Source: Ascidiella aspersa
Taxonomy: Eukaryota
DNA: 64,000 nucleotides
Reading direction: 5' to 3'
Assembly: GCA_963924565.1 (NCBI GenBank)
Contig: OZ004615.1
Span: 7,192,001-7,256,000 of the forward strand
Part shown: one piece after another, positions 14,101 through 27,300 of the stretch
How positions within the stretch are numbered: the stretch's first letter is position 1
Layout of the letters: every line of letters starts with the position of its first letter
Position numbers and translations under genes: made by a program
Notes under the pieces: generated by a model
What the model was told of the DNA's origin: nothing
Seen by the model: the letters and a program-made list of their open reading frames with translations, nothing else
The model's database searches: none

Positions 14101-17100
14101 TGTGAAGATTTTTTTATGATATGGCTAACTTTTTTGAGCCAGGTGTCACTTTTGTTGATTGATTTTCCTTCAGCTTTACTAAAATTAGACCGCATAACTA
14201 TTGGTTTTCTTTGTTTTACTGACTTACAAAACTACAACAATGATTAGTTTCTTATCTATGTCAGATTATCTGCAATGTGCTGCATGATAGCAATAAGATT
14301 TTGTTGGAAAGGTGATATTTTCAAATAAAGTAGGATTAAAGATTTAAAATTGGAATTTAATTAACTGGCCAATTTTAACTGTTCCAAATTAAAAACTGTT
14401 GCGTAAAATACTATTTTGGTTTTAAAAAGTGGCGTGAACCTTGTTAAGTTCCATAAGCTCAAATTTTAACTTTGTTTTTTTGTTATGTGCACCAATTAAA
14501 TCAGACAAAGATGACCCTAAAAAAACTGAAGACAACGACAATCTATTGCTGGGTAATTTCGAGGGAACAGACTTCCAGCAACCGAGTCAAGAGGATTTAG
14601 AATTGTTTAACGATATCCTGGGAGAGGAAAATAAATCTGGTGAGATTTAACATTTTTATATAAAGGTTATAACTTGTCACTTGTTTTTGTGACTGTTTTA
14701 TGTCTTTTTATACCATGATCTGAGTCCAATTATTCAACTGGATCTACAAAAAAGAATTTTTCGATAACAGTGAGGTGATTACTAAGTATTGCATTGACTT
14801 CGAAAAGTTTGTTTGCAATCAAGCTTTTCATACTTTTAAACTGATCTTTTAAACAAATCATAAACATGCAGGTCGTTGATGCTTGTAAGTTTTTCCAATA
14901 AAAACGAAATTGGCAAAGTAATACTCAACAATTGGTATTCATAGTTATGTATCAACATTAAACAGGGACAGGTTTTTCGGTAAATTTGCTGACTGCGGCT
15001 TTGCAACATCAATTTTAATGCCACATAACCCCATACCTAAATATTTTGTTGCATTTCTGATCTTCAAATTATTCTATGAATGCCATTTTTTTATTCTATG
15101 AATGCCATTTATTTATTGCATGTTGTTCCGCTATTTATTTTTTTTTTTAATAGCATTTGGAAAAAAAGTTGCAAGGCAGAAAAGAATAGCCTTATCAAAA
15201 TACTTCTTTTCTAGTAATATGTTAAAATTTAAAAATAACATGAAAAATGTTTAGCCTAATCGTTACAATTGTAGTACAATGTAAAACAAACATTAGGTAC
15301 ATTACACACAGATATGTGAACTATGACTTTTACTTTTGAATAACATTGTTACTGTTTTATGGTAAACTAGTTGCTTACTCCAGGATAAGATAAGGAAATT
15401 CTATTAACTAGTAGCGATTTTTGTTTAATAGTGCATCAACATTTTTAAGGAAATTTGTGATATTTGTCTCAAAAACTTTTTTTTGAGAGTTAATATTTTC
15501 TATATCATATGTGTGTCACACACAGGCTCCGACAACCTGGAATCAGAATGGCATTCTGTGTTCGGGGAGTTCAGTCAAGCGCCGAAGTCTGACGCTCCCC
15601 CTGTTTCTGCAAACCATCAACCCCAGGGTGGCCACAATTTGCCACCCTCTGCGGCTAACCCCCCTCAGTCATCGGGATATCTCCCCTCGCAACTCATGGA
15701 CATGATGATGTCATCTGGTTTGTCATTTTGTTACATTTAGTAAAAACAGTGATCAATGGATAGCGCGAAAATGATCATCACTCAAAGTCTGTATAAATAT
15801 TTGAAAACATTTGTTTAAAACAAATAAACTTTAAAATTTGTTTAAAACCACACCTCGTTTAATTTTGCTAAGCGTATAGAATCCTAAGTTGCACCCTTCA
15901 TGCCGACTATAACCCAGCATTTCACGTTTTGCACTCCGTTTTCCCAAAATTTTACTTTCTTACCCTCTTTAGGAAGTGGGGTTCCCCCTCAGATGACACA
16001 CGCACCCATGGGAATGCAGCAAGCACCTCACATGAACACGATGGGTTATCCGCCTCAACAGATGGGTCCAAACGTGCCAAGTGGGGTCCAACAGCCCCCA
16101 TCCTACCACTCCATGTTTGGTAATGCACCCGTAATGGGTCAACAACAACAACAACAGCAACATCAGCTAGATGGAAAAATGGGCCTTGTAAGTGATCCAC
16201 AGTCTAAAAGAGGTTAGTACTGCAATCATAGTTAAGTTGAAAGCGAAACACGAAATAAATGTGAAATAATAGATTTAGAAGATCACTGAGGCTTAAATTA
16301 AAAATAAAATCAGATAGAATCCAATAATCGAGTACTTCTTTGTAAAATAACCACACAACACGTTATAACAGTGGTTCTCAAACTGGGGTTCGCGGTCCTT
16401 TTGGGGTTGGACAATTTTCTGGGACCGCGAAGCACCTCACAAAAAATTCAACACTACGTTCCTGAAAAAGAAAATATTTTGTGCAATAAAATTTCTAGGC
16501 AACGTACTTTACCAAGGGAACACGCAGAATAATAATAACTATGTTGTACATAGGACTCATTGTGAGACAAAAAAGAAAGCCAAACTTAGGCTAGACCTAT
16601 ACGCAAAGCTGACATTGCGCCAACGTAATTCCAACGTGTTTGCGCTCGTCATCACAGGCTACGATTAGTTGTTCATTCACGTAATTGCAAGTTTCGAGTG
16701 GAATTGTGCATTGTGATGTCATAGTGTTGTTGCGTTGCGCTAATGAGCATTTAGTTTTTTTTTTATGGATTGCTGCGCTGCCACCGTGGGCGGTCACGGT
16801 TTTAAAACTGTTCGTGATTGCTTCACTCAAATAAAGTGATTCGTTAGAGGTTCCACTTTTTCCGTGAATGTATATTTTAAAGGAAAGACCGTGAGCAATT
16901 CAAAAAATTGCTGGGGGGACCGTTGCGTAATTTTTTTCAAAAAGTTTGAGAACCACTGCGTTGTAAATACATGAACCGGTTGAGTAGTTACTTATTACTG
17001 ACTCCTTACGCGCCGTGCCGAACCAAAAAACTAAATTTGCCTCCATAAATTGTCAATTAATATTGTCACGAAAATGTAAAAGAAATCCGCGACTTGCTAA

Positions 17101-17731
17101 GTTGGAAAAAGTTAGCCCGCTACCATTTTTTTTATTTTGACTGTAATTTCTGTATGCTGTCATAGTTGTAAAAATTGGTATTTTTACACGACGTTGTATT
17201 GTAGTTGTGAAATTGGTACAGCGAAGAGAAACAATTTCTACATTTTTATGCTTGTGCGTCGATAAAAAATTCTCATCCACGGCGTTCGCCTTTTACGGTT
17301 GCCACTAATTCTTCAATTTGAATAATGAAATCTTGCAACCGCTGTTTTTCCGAAAATTTTCATAAAGTCTTTTAATTTTTTTAATGTGCATTCTCAAGTT
17401 ACACAATTTGAAACTATTTATTATTGTGTTGTGTCGTTTAGTCTGTTCTGTTTTTAAACTATATTATTAATATGTCGATTGAGGCCAATTTCGGTATTTG
17501 AAAACTTATGAATTTCTTTGAGAAATCTTCGAATGTCTTCGATTTTTTCGTAAAATCTGTGGCAACCCTGTGTAAAAACGAAATCTTCTTTGGTCTGCAG
17601 ACAACAAGGGAAATATGGCCGCCTGGTTCAACCTCTTCGCTGAGCTAGACCCTCTGCAAAACCCCGACGCGCTCTCCAACAAAAAGGAACAAAGCAAAGC
17701 CGCGGAAAGCGGTGGCGGTGGAGCTTGCTAA
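5124..17731 (+). CDS. ICA1: Islet cell autoantigen 1 (ICA69/RIC-19 family), arfaptin-homology/BAR domain plus ICA69 C-terminal region; 13 core coding exons (574 aa), 616 aa with the candidate cassette exon
   Basis: Exons with GT-AG borders and matching phases: 5124-5143, 6917-7097, 7972-8044, 8608-8731, 9763-9961, 10496-10561, 11301-11459, 12321-12418, 12829-12935, (13689-13814), 14505-14639, 15526-15717, 15973-16212, 17601-17731 (TAA). The translation carries ICA69 motifs VNKLQRDYWNAKQ, SSDSELDSKLELF, QGSQDKTQAGKMM, IETFRYRAVGD, VCQKVDLLCASRSNL, EWHSVFG, SGYLPSQLMD and AWFNLFAELDPLQNPDA. Confidence 0.95.
5538..6697. mobile_element. Non-autonomous hAT-like element in ICA1 intron 1
   Basis: TIRs TAGGGTTGGCA / TGCCCAACCCTA, subterminal ACCGGTCAAAT repeats at both ends, and a perfect 8-bp TSD CAAAAAAT. 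Confidence 0.85.
5930..6329. mobile_element. hAT-like MITE nested in the 5538-6697 element
   Basis: TIRs CAGTGTGGTCCAAC / GTTGGACCACGCTG; perfect TSD ATTTAGAA. Confidence 0.85.
7288..7392. mobile_element. Short copy of the GACTCC-repeat hAT-like MITE family
   Basis: CAGGGCTGTGGAGT...GACTCCGCGGCCCTG; related to 34876-35297. Confidence 0.65.
8293..8577. mobile_element. Internally deleted sibling of the 5930-6329 MITE
   Basis: Shares GGCCCGCGA.CTGATAGTCAGCTTTG and other internal blocks; perfect TSD GTCTAAAC. It ends 30 bp upstream of ICA1 exon 4. Confidence 0.8.
10669..10975. mobile_element. Degenerate hAT-like MITE
   Basis: Ends CTGTGCTTCTCAA / GGTTGAGAAACACTG. Confidence 0.5.
11838..12192. 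mobile_element. hAT-like MITE
   Basis: TIRs CAGTGGTTCTCAACCT / AGGTTGAGAACCACT. Confidence 0.75.
13689..13814 (+). CDS. ICA1: Candidate symmetric (phase 1-1, 126 nt) cassette exon of ICA1
   Basis: tttcatag|AT TCC...GGT G|gtaaga. It is open in the frame of the flanking exons and encodes DSMLNFYDAEHYPNDQSVRHDDVYHDIRYLDEQKMAGDLLLG. Confidence 0.6.
16369..16958. mobile_element. hAT-like MITE in the last ICA1 intron
   Basis: TIRs CAGTGGTTCTCAAACT / AGTTTGAGAACCACTG; TSD CGTTATAA/CGTTGTAA. Confidence 0.8.
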
Positions 17732-20700
17732 AAGCTGGAACCGACGGATTTTCGTTTTTCTAAATTCATTCACCGCCTGGCTTCAACCGGCCAGGTTCGC
17801 AGACCTACAAGGATGGCAGTTTATTCGCTACCTGAAAGTCACAGGCCTCTGTTCTTACTCGCTTTATTTTGTTGTCGTATGCTTCGTTGGTGTTTCGTGT
17901 GGGTTACGTGTGAGTGGTGGAATGCTTTTTATTCTGTGCGCTGACCAAGTGTGGGTTCCTAAGCCGGTTTTCCGGATCAAATTGGGAATTTTGTCCTTAC
18001 TTTTCATTTTTAAAAGGGAACTTTTTTTTTGTTTTACATGATGTACGTGTGCTTTAAAATTGTTTCCATTTTCCAGTACAGTAGTCGGTGGCATTCCATT
18101 TAAACGCGACTGTAAAATGTAGTACAATCGCCCCTACGCAGTTTTTCGAATTCCTTATTCATTTTTTAATAGAATATTTTTTGTTGAAATGAAATGCCAG
18201 TTATTGTCCTGGCATTTTCATTCGGCTTTCTTGCTCTATTCCTTGGCGTTCCTGCTTGTCTCTATTTAAACACGACCAAAATTCCGTGTTTTTCTATTTA
18301 CCTTCGTATTTGCAATACGCAGTTGTTGTTGTTGTTTTCCGGTGTGTGTACATTTCCTTTTCTGTAACGTGCAATCTCGTGCAGTCGAAAACCTTTGCGC
18401 ATATGTAGACCTGACCAAAATCTGATTGCAACACACAAGGCAGATACAAATTTACAAAATTTTGCACGAATTTTGCAGTTCTCCTGTTACTACTTTTGCA
18501 CTTTAACGCACATTTTCTACTTTGATATCCGAATTTCAATCACGTTGCTCCTATACAATGAAGCTGCCGCCCAACTCGAATTGGCAATCTCCGCGTATTA
18601 GCTGTAGTTATTCTTGTAGTTTTACGATTTTAGAAATAGATTATGTTAGAAGCGCTAACAGCACTTCATTGTGTTCCAACGGTACAGTTTGTAAAAGCTG
18701 GGGTGTAATCAAGATTTGATTCTGCAAACATTTTAACTATTACATATTAAAATGTGTTTATTTTTTGCCGAAAGGAAATTCTTAAGCTGTATCTAAATAG
18801 TTTTTCTGTAACAAATCTGCCTCTCGCAAGAAGAATTCTCTACGAAACTGTTTTTCAACGTAATGCGCCAACCGCATTTGCAAAGTGCTATATTTCATTC
18901 TAAGTGTTCAAGTATAAAATATCCCGTTTTCTCTAGCGATGCGTTTACGTTTTGTTGTGCCAACAGTTAACAATTGCAACTTTTAGCTATCAATATTCTT
19001 GTAATGCTATATATGGATTAGCGACGCTAAATATTCAAATACGCGCATGTTTGAAACTTGAAAGCAAAGCCCACTTAGTTATTTGCTGTATTAGTTTTAT
19101 TGTGAAAAGCAACGAGCAAATTGCAGTGCGGTATGGGTTTAGTTACTTTTCTGTACAGTTTGCTACAATGTAGTTACTTTATGTTGTGCCAGTCCCAAGT
19201 TTGCGTTGTAAGCTAGATGTCTTCATTGGACAAACCAAGAATGGAAACACAACCTCATAATATCTTGCTTATGAGACCTTAGTTGAACTACGGGTTGATG
19301 TTTCGAAATAAAAATGTCCCCGGGTAAACTTTGCTCTAGTGAGTTTTAAAGCAGCTCTTTGGTATTCCAGTGTATTCGGGGCCATGTGCTATATGTTATT
19401 TATCATGCCATTCCTCTTTTTGTCGTATTTGTTTTCACCAATGTAGGTGTTGGTTGCATTCACATTCACCGAAAAGGCATAGCTCTGAGATATTTAAATT
19501 AGACGCACTTTTGCTAATTGGTGGTAGCTAACGCAGTTAATTTATCGGCTGAAATTTTTCCTAACCAGCAGTATGGCCGTTTTAAGGACGCGCCTAGGAA
19601 ATGCGCACTGTGCTGTATTTGTAAATCAATCACGCCGTTTCCAATTATTTAGGGCGTAGTGTAACTGTAATACACATACTTTCCAAATGGCCTTAACTGA
19701 ACAACTGTTAAATTAAAACCGTTTTTTCAGCGATTTTATTTGACCTTTGTGATAAGCCTGCAGAAACAGATTTCCTTTGATCGCGTTTTCTGGCCAAAAA
19801 TTTCCAACTTATGGTTTTACAATGATCCAATTTTAGGTTCAAATGCGATCTAATATAATCAGGCTTTTAGTCACGCGTGTGAAAACCAGGCCTACAACAG
19901 TAGATCCATATCGCAGTGGTCTTCTGTTGTTCATTATGCTTGTGATATTTTACGTTGTTGTCCAACGCACCAAGTTGTACCTGTACGTCTCGTAGTCGAA
20001 AATAAAAGAAGTCACGAAACTGTTTTACGTTGAGAGTCCTTTTTTCTGTCGCAGTTTAAATGTCCGTTGAAGATTTCGTAGACCTCTGTATTATCGTATA
20101 TACTGTTTAAGAACAGTTGCCATTTTTAAAATGTATATTCCCACAAAAGAAAAACAATTTTATATCGGTAATAAAACTGTAAAAGTCCGCGTTGGCTCCG
20201 AAAAAGAATGCCTGAGGTTATTTGGAACATCAGGCGGTTTCGTATCGTTTCATCAACTTTTTCAACGACTCGCGCAAACTGACAAGACGAAAACGATATA
20301 CGCAGGTTATTCATCGCAGAAGTGTAAAAACAACCCATATGGCGTTCATCTGAAAAGATTGGAAAAAGGCGTTTAGCAGAAGCGCGCCAATTTGCCCTCG
20401 CGAGAAAGCGACGCCTATCAGATTGCTTCGGACGAATACCGCCCGAAACCTGATCGGCTACTGGTGCGAATTCGAAAGCGACAAACGTTGGCAGAAACAA
20501 TTAAATGCCCTCAGCACAAAGGACCTGGGCCCTGCCACTGTGTGTAAGCGCCTGTGTAGGAACGTGCGTGTTTTTTGCCAACAGTATGTTGTGCTTCGTT
20601 CTTTCGACCTTGCGCAATTTCGATCATAGATAGGTCAGTCGATTTGCTGTGACCCCGCGCCACATTTCGCCATTCTTGTGATTGTTATGGGAACAGTTTA

Positions 20701-21359
20701 TGGTCCAATGTCGCTCAGCAAGCCTTTTAAGATAGAGACTAGAGAAGGTCAGCATCTTTCAGTGGTGAAATCCGCCTTTGTTATGAGATAATTACCTCCA
20801 AGTAGCGTGCAGATTAATTGTTTTGTAGTGAATCTAGAAGTGTTTTATCAAACAGATTAACCAGCTTAACAAAAGTAGCAAAACACAGTATTTTGTTTTG
20901 TGTTTGATAACTTAAACCACTTGATAAAACTGAACAGTAGCAGGTATACAGTTGTCCCAAATATTTGCAGAAAACAATTCCAGGGCTATTACTCATTTGA
21001 TTGTAGCATAGTATAGCAGTGCTGTAATTACTTAAATCAATAGCAGATGTTTTTCATAAATTTATATGTTTTGGAAAAATTTCTTCATTCAGACTTGAGT
21101 AATTTATAAAACTTTAAAACTTTAAAGTGACAAGTTTACAACATTGTGAGGCAGTAGTCTTTAAAAGGTATATAAAGTAAGACAATTGTAGCGTCCCAAA
21201 AAGCGGCTGGAAGTGTAAGTGGCTACCTAGCCCACCCATTTATAAATTACGTTTCTTTATTTTGTAGTACATTGTGCTAAATATGTTTGAAGTTACGTGA
21301 AAGTAGAAAAACAGTCGTCCAGCCGATCGCAACAAAACAAAACAAACAAACAAAAAACG

Positions 21360-24300
21360 ATGCCGGCGTGCAAGTGCTTATTCCTGGACGGCAGGGAAGT
21401 CGAGATCACGGTGTCTTCGGACGCTACTGGCGAGGATTTATTTAAAAGCGTTTGCAACTACTTGAACATTGGTGACACCCGCCCGTTCGGGATAGTGCAT
21501 CGTGGGGGCACACTGCCGGCCACTTACAACTGGTGGGTCAACCCGACAAAGCTACTGCGAAAGCAAGTACCCGGAAAATGCCGGATATGGGCCTTTGCCT
21601 TGATGGTAAAATACTATCCTCTTGGCGGCGGTATTGAAAGTGCGGAGGACATTGTAAGGTAAACCAGAGTTTTCTAACACTAAGTTTTCTGTTGGCCTTT
21701 AAATGACCAATATTGTTAATATAATTTTATTTTTAGAGCGTTAAATTTTAAAACGAACAATTACGTAAACTATAAAAACCGAGCAAATAAGCAAACAAAA
21801 AATGTATTATTTGATTACCAGTACAGGGAAAAAAATAGTTTTTTTGTAGACCTTTAAAACAAAATGTTGCTTTAAAAAGAAAATATGGATTTTTCGGTTT
21901 TATCATGCATCTATAGCAGGGGTCGGCAACCTTTTTGTAGTCGCGGGCCAAAACCAACCTCAGAAAGGTGTCTGCGGGCCGCACAAAATGTTAACTAAGA
22001 ATTATGTTATTAAAATGTTAAAACTACCGTGGCGGACCTCGGATCTTTTTTGCGCCTAAAACGTGTTTAATTACATTTAAGGAGGCAGTAATAAAGTATT
22101 GGCGCAAAGCGCGAATAAAATGCGTTTGTTTGTGGTTTAAAATCCGAGTCCACACATCGTCATCCATACTACTAATGAAAATTGTAATAAAACTACTTTG
22201 AGGAAACGCAATAAAATTAGTTAATCTAGTTGAGTGTTTGTCAACCTTTTAAAGTTCGGGCAGACCTGGCGAGCGAAGCGAGCGCGATTTTATTTTGGCA
22301 TTACGCCATTTCTTGCAAGTTTGCATTAGCCTACATTGACGACAATAAAAAATAATAAAAAAATATATGTCCAATATTTGTGAATACGTTTTCCGTTTAT
22401 CCGCGGCGCACTTGGCAGCCTTCCACGGCACAACGGTAAAGAAGCGCTGATCTATATTTCACAAGACAGCGTCAAAACGTAAACAAACCGAATGGAAATC
22501 GATCATTCGTGCGAAGCGCGAAAATTTTTCGCACTTACGTAGTTAAAATAGTTAAAAAGTATTTGAAATGGAATCGTGCGTAGTTTGTCAAAGAGGCGGC
22601 GGGCCGGATGAATTTCATCGGCGGGCCGGATCCGGCCCGCGGGCCGTAGGTTGCCGACCCCTGGTCTATAGTGTTCAATTACATTAGCTAGAGAGAAAAC
22701 TTGCATAGTTTATTTTTTTAAAGAGTGTGGGCCTCTTTTCCTGTGTTCTACAGTTACACGTCGTCATGGGTTTAAATCAGTGGTTCACAACCTTTGGAAA
22801 AGTTTACTAGACTTGCGACGCACTACATAGGAGTTTTACAGAATTTTTACATTGATGCCAATTTATTTGTTTATTTAGAAAATCAAAACTAATTGTGGCC
22901 GATTTTCGTTAAAGTGTGTCTAAATTAATATTGAAGGGAATAATTATATCTGTTAGCATTTTATTATATTCGTGTGTTTCAAAAAAAATACATATTTCAA
23001 AGTTTTGTAAAACTTAAAAAATGTGCCTACATATAAACCCCTTAGATTCAACGCTGTCCTGCAAACGAGACAGGATCTCCTGACCGGTCGACTGACGTGT
23101 CCGGACCACACGATGGCGCTGCTCGCATCCTACTGGCTGCAGTCGGAGTACGGGGACTTCGCCAACGAGAGCATCGACCGTCAGCTGGTTGACGCCTTCC
23201 GATACATACGCAAAGGCGCCAAGCAGGAGAGGAGGAAACTGGATGCGGACCTCGATCTGGAGGAGCAGGTGACTGGAAGAAAATAAAATCACGCATAATT
23301 TAAAGTTGTAGGGATTTTTTGACTCGTACATTGGCTCAAATATATGCGGTCCAAATATCGCTGGAGTCGTGAGTTTCGAACCTTATCTGGCTAGATATAT
23401 CTCTTCTTGCCTGGCTTGTGTTACAACCTGATTAATTAACTGATTTCGGTTAGCGTCAGCCCCTTAAAGAGACTTGTAGTGTAGTAAACGTGTGATCGTT
23501 GGTCAAACGGACGAATTTTGGAGGACTGGATCACAGTTGTTGTACAAAGTTGTCTAGAAATGTTCCACTTGACCGATATATGTAGGACAAGTTCATACCT
23601 TTTCCTTTAAATGTAGGCCAATACAGGAGGACTCACTTGTATTTATGTTTATAAAGGACGCTATGGACTTTTGATTAATGCTATATAACGTACCCAAACT
23701 GGTGACATAGCTACAATTCTTTTCATTCGCTGGCGGTCAAAACTTTGTTCATTTGTTTTGTTAAATGTATGGCATATGTACATAAAAGACGCGAAATTGC
23801 AAAATTTCGGAACGACACTTTTTCCATCATTTTCGCCAGATGATAGAGCTCCACCGATTTCTGCGCGGAACCTCCCTAGCCCTCGCCGACCTTAAGTTCC
23901 TCAAGCTGGCCGCCTCGCTCGAAATGTACGGCGTGCACTTTTATCCTGCCTACGAGAACATGACTGCTGGTAAGGTTGTCGGTTTCTGCTGCAAGATTAG
24001 CGTATAATTGCTTTGTAATGCGGCGTACAAATTGTACACGATATAATATAAAGCCCCTTTAAATTACCGCGCTGTAAATTTGCTACTATTTAAGATACTC
24101 CGCTATTTAGAAGGGTTAGACTACTTGGCTGAAATGGCCGAGCTCTCCCGTATTGAGCAATGTTAAGCAAGGGTTAAAACTGGTGTAGGCTACTAGATAT
24201 TCTACAAAGAATAATACACTTTAGTCATTGTGATGGTTATGCTGCCATTTTCCAACCATGATGCAAAATATAGGCATTTTTTTCCTAAAGGTCTGTTATT

Positions 24301-27300
24301 CAAACTGACTATGATAAAGTTTCCTTGGAAGAATTACATATGATGACTGCTTATTCATTTCAGTTGTCTGTAACTAATTAGACCAGTGATTGTTAACCAA
24401 GGTTCCATTTCTAATGCTAAAGGGTGCTAAGAGATATTTGAGAATCTTTAGAAATCTGATTTTGCTCAATTCTTACAACTTTCTGTGTAAGATTAGAGTG
24501 GAATAAATCCAATTATAACTCGCTACGTTGTGTAGAGTTGATGTAGGTTGTTCCAGTTTCGTTAATTGCAACATTCTAGTCAATTACTTACGGAACATTT
24601 TTTGTAGAAGTGTCGCAATCTATTTAGTATTGATGAAGGGTGCCGCTAGCTATAAAAGGTTAAGAAACACTTAATTAGACTATTCCGAACATTAATAGGC
24701 TAGAAAACAAAACCCTATATATAGTAAATTATCACGTTCTTTGGAACAGGACAGGGCAAGCGTCGCCAGGACGGTAGCACAGCTGCGTTCAACGACATGC
24801 TGACAGGACTTATGTTGGGGATCGGTTCAAACGGTATCGTCGTGTTGAAGGAACGCAAGAAGAGCACGACCCTGATGTGGGGCACGATTAGGGCCATCTC
24901 CTTCAAAAACAATGCTGTGGTTGTGAAGTTTAACGAGGTGAATGCCGTTTCCAATCAAACTTGATCAAAATGGTAGATGAACCAAATGTTTTACAGTATT
25001 TTTTCAATTTTAATATTAACAACCTAAATGGGACTAATTTACTTTGTTTTTATTTAACTTTGGTGTGGTTAAATTCAGATAATTCGTCTTTTTTGGTTGA
25101 CTTTTCTCCTTAATTTAACAGTAAATAAACAAGGCCTGCTGTTTTAGCACTAAAAGTATCTTTCCGATAAGATGTTTGATTGTAAGTGAGGGGTTTTGTA
25201 TCTGACAATACACCAGGGATGAGAAAAATACTTCCTTTTTTACGACGTCTCAAAACAATGTTTGCCCTTTTTAGTTACATAATTGTACACGCAGCGAATG
25301 CTACGTCAGTTTTTTTAAGCCAAACTACTTTATGAGGTTCCTTTATGATGTAACTTTGACGTTATCCCTAATAATTTTCATCCGTTTCGGTAAGAAAAGT
25401 ATTATACTTTGACCCCTGCAATACACTAATTTCGATCAACTATTTATGTTGAACCTGGTATTAAAAATTACACATACTATTTCTGTACCTATTATAAAGG
25501 AAAACCACGAAACAGCATAAACCTCTGGAGAATAAAACAGTCCATGTGACCCATTTGCGCATTATATCAGATTCTAACGATGTCGAACGAGAATAAACCA
25601 ACGCATCAATATAAATATTATTCATAAATAAAAATATTAACATTTTATATTTTTAAATAAAAGTCTGATTGCTGGCTAAGTTATGTTGCTTTGCCTAATT
25701 TGTAAAGACTTCTGATCGATATCTGGTTTACTTCCGGAGATATTGAACAATGAATTTCGAGCTGCATGATTCCCTTTGGGCGCGTGACTTATTCCCATCT
25801 TATTTAGACGGCACCCAGTGGCAAAGACGGCGCCTCCGCGTTCGTGTTCGACGATTTGCAGCAAGCAAAGTCGGTCTGGCGCACAGCGGTCGACATGCAC
25901 GTTCGCTACCGCGTCGAAAAGCGCGACGCCCCGGAGCAACGCGTCAACATCAAGCTGGAACGCAAATATACGCTGCTGGGCAAAAAGCAGGCCACGCTCA
26001 AGACGCGCCCGGCCACCACGCCGCGTCCGCAGCTGGCCGCTATCCGGGAATCAGCGTCGCCCGCCACCGAGCCCAAGGTGCCTAAAGCCCGCGGAAAAAA
26101 CGGCCGGCGACCGAAAAAGGCGCGCGCCGAAACCCGACCGAAAGAGGTCGGCACCGGATCGCCGTTGGAGGAGCGCCGCAAGAAAGAAGAAGAAGAGGAG
26201 GCGACCAGGGCTAAGCTGCCCGACTCCCCTGTTTTATCGCACACGGGCAGCAAGTCGAACGCGCCCCGCTCGATACCGTCTCCTGACGCGTCACCAAAGA
26301 TTAAACGCGCCACTCTGGTCCCGGATCAGAACCCTGCCCCAGGTGAAGCCCCTAAACCCCAGCCCAACACCCCTGTGGACGGCGGGACCCTGCCGTATGA
26401 TGAAAAGGTCGCCTCTTCGGTTCCGCAACGTTTGAGGTCGTCGCGAGCTTCCACCGGTCCGGATGTCACCTCCTGTTCCAGCAGCGTTGTCACCGATAAC
26501 ACAGACGTCCTTTGCAGCTCTAACATCATCGAGAAGGCGTTCTCCTACGCCGAGAGCGACGGCATCAACTCCATCAACGCCTGGCTGGAGCTTTGCACGC
26601 CCCGGAATGAGCGGCGTGGACGACCAGTTTCCAGGAGCGCCCCGGCTAGTCACCGGTCGAAATCCAGGGGAAGGTAAGTTGAAAACTAAACTGACTTGAC
26701 TTAAGTTCCCCTAAGTTTGCAAATAACTTGACTTAAATATTTTCTGTAAAATGACTTAACTTGGACTTAAATAAAGACGTGACTGGGACTCGACATTTTT
26801 TAAAAAGACGTGACTTTGACTTGAGCTAATTCACAAATGACTTGACTGGGACTTAAGTTTTTTTTTCAAATTGACGTGTGAAAAAACGTTATTTGATTCG
26901 TGGTGTATCTAAAGGTCAATGCAGCGATTTTTGAAGAAAACTTTTTTTATAGACCTGGGACCTGGTTTTTTTTTAGGAGTTTTTTTTAGGAATTTGGGCA
27001 ACAGTCAAGTTCTCAGTTGCCAATTGGTCAATGGATTTTTTTCTTAAATTATATTGAAAATAAACTGTGCTGTATACAAAACATGAAATAACGCCTAATA
27101 CTGCAAAATTTGTATTTATTAGTGTTCCATTCTACAGAACAGAATACAGTAGTTAGACAGTGAGTTAAGAACTCTTAGCAAAAACTTGTAGAAGTAGTTT
27201 TACAAGACTTTAATACACTAGTATAGCGTCTGAAACGTACACGTACAAAATTTGTATTCTGTGGCCAAGCCCTTCTGAAGTTGTACTGGCCAACGATGCT

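Noticed and set aside
25750-26699. Long overlapping ORFs in alternative and antisense frames (205, 135, 120 and 111 aa)
   Set aside because: They are shadows of the GC-rich, stop-poor FERM exon 5. Only one frame fits the splice phases and FERM motifs.
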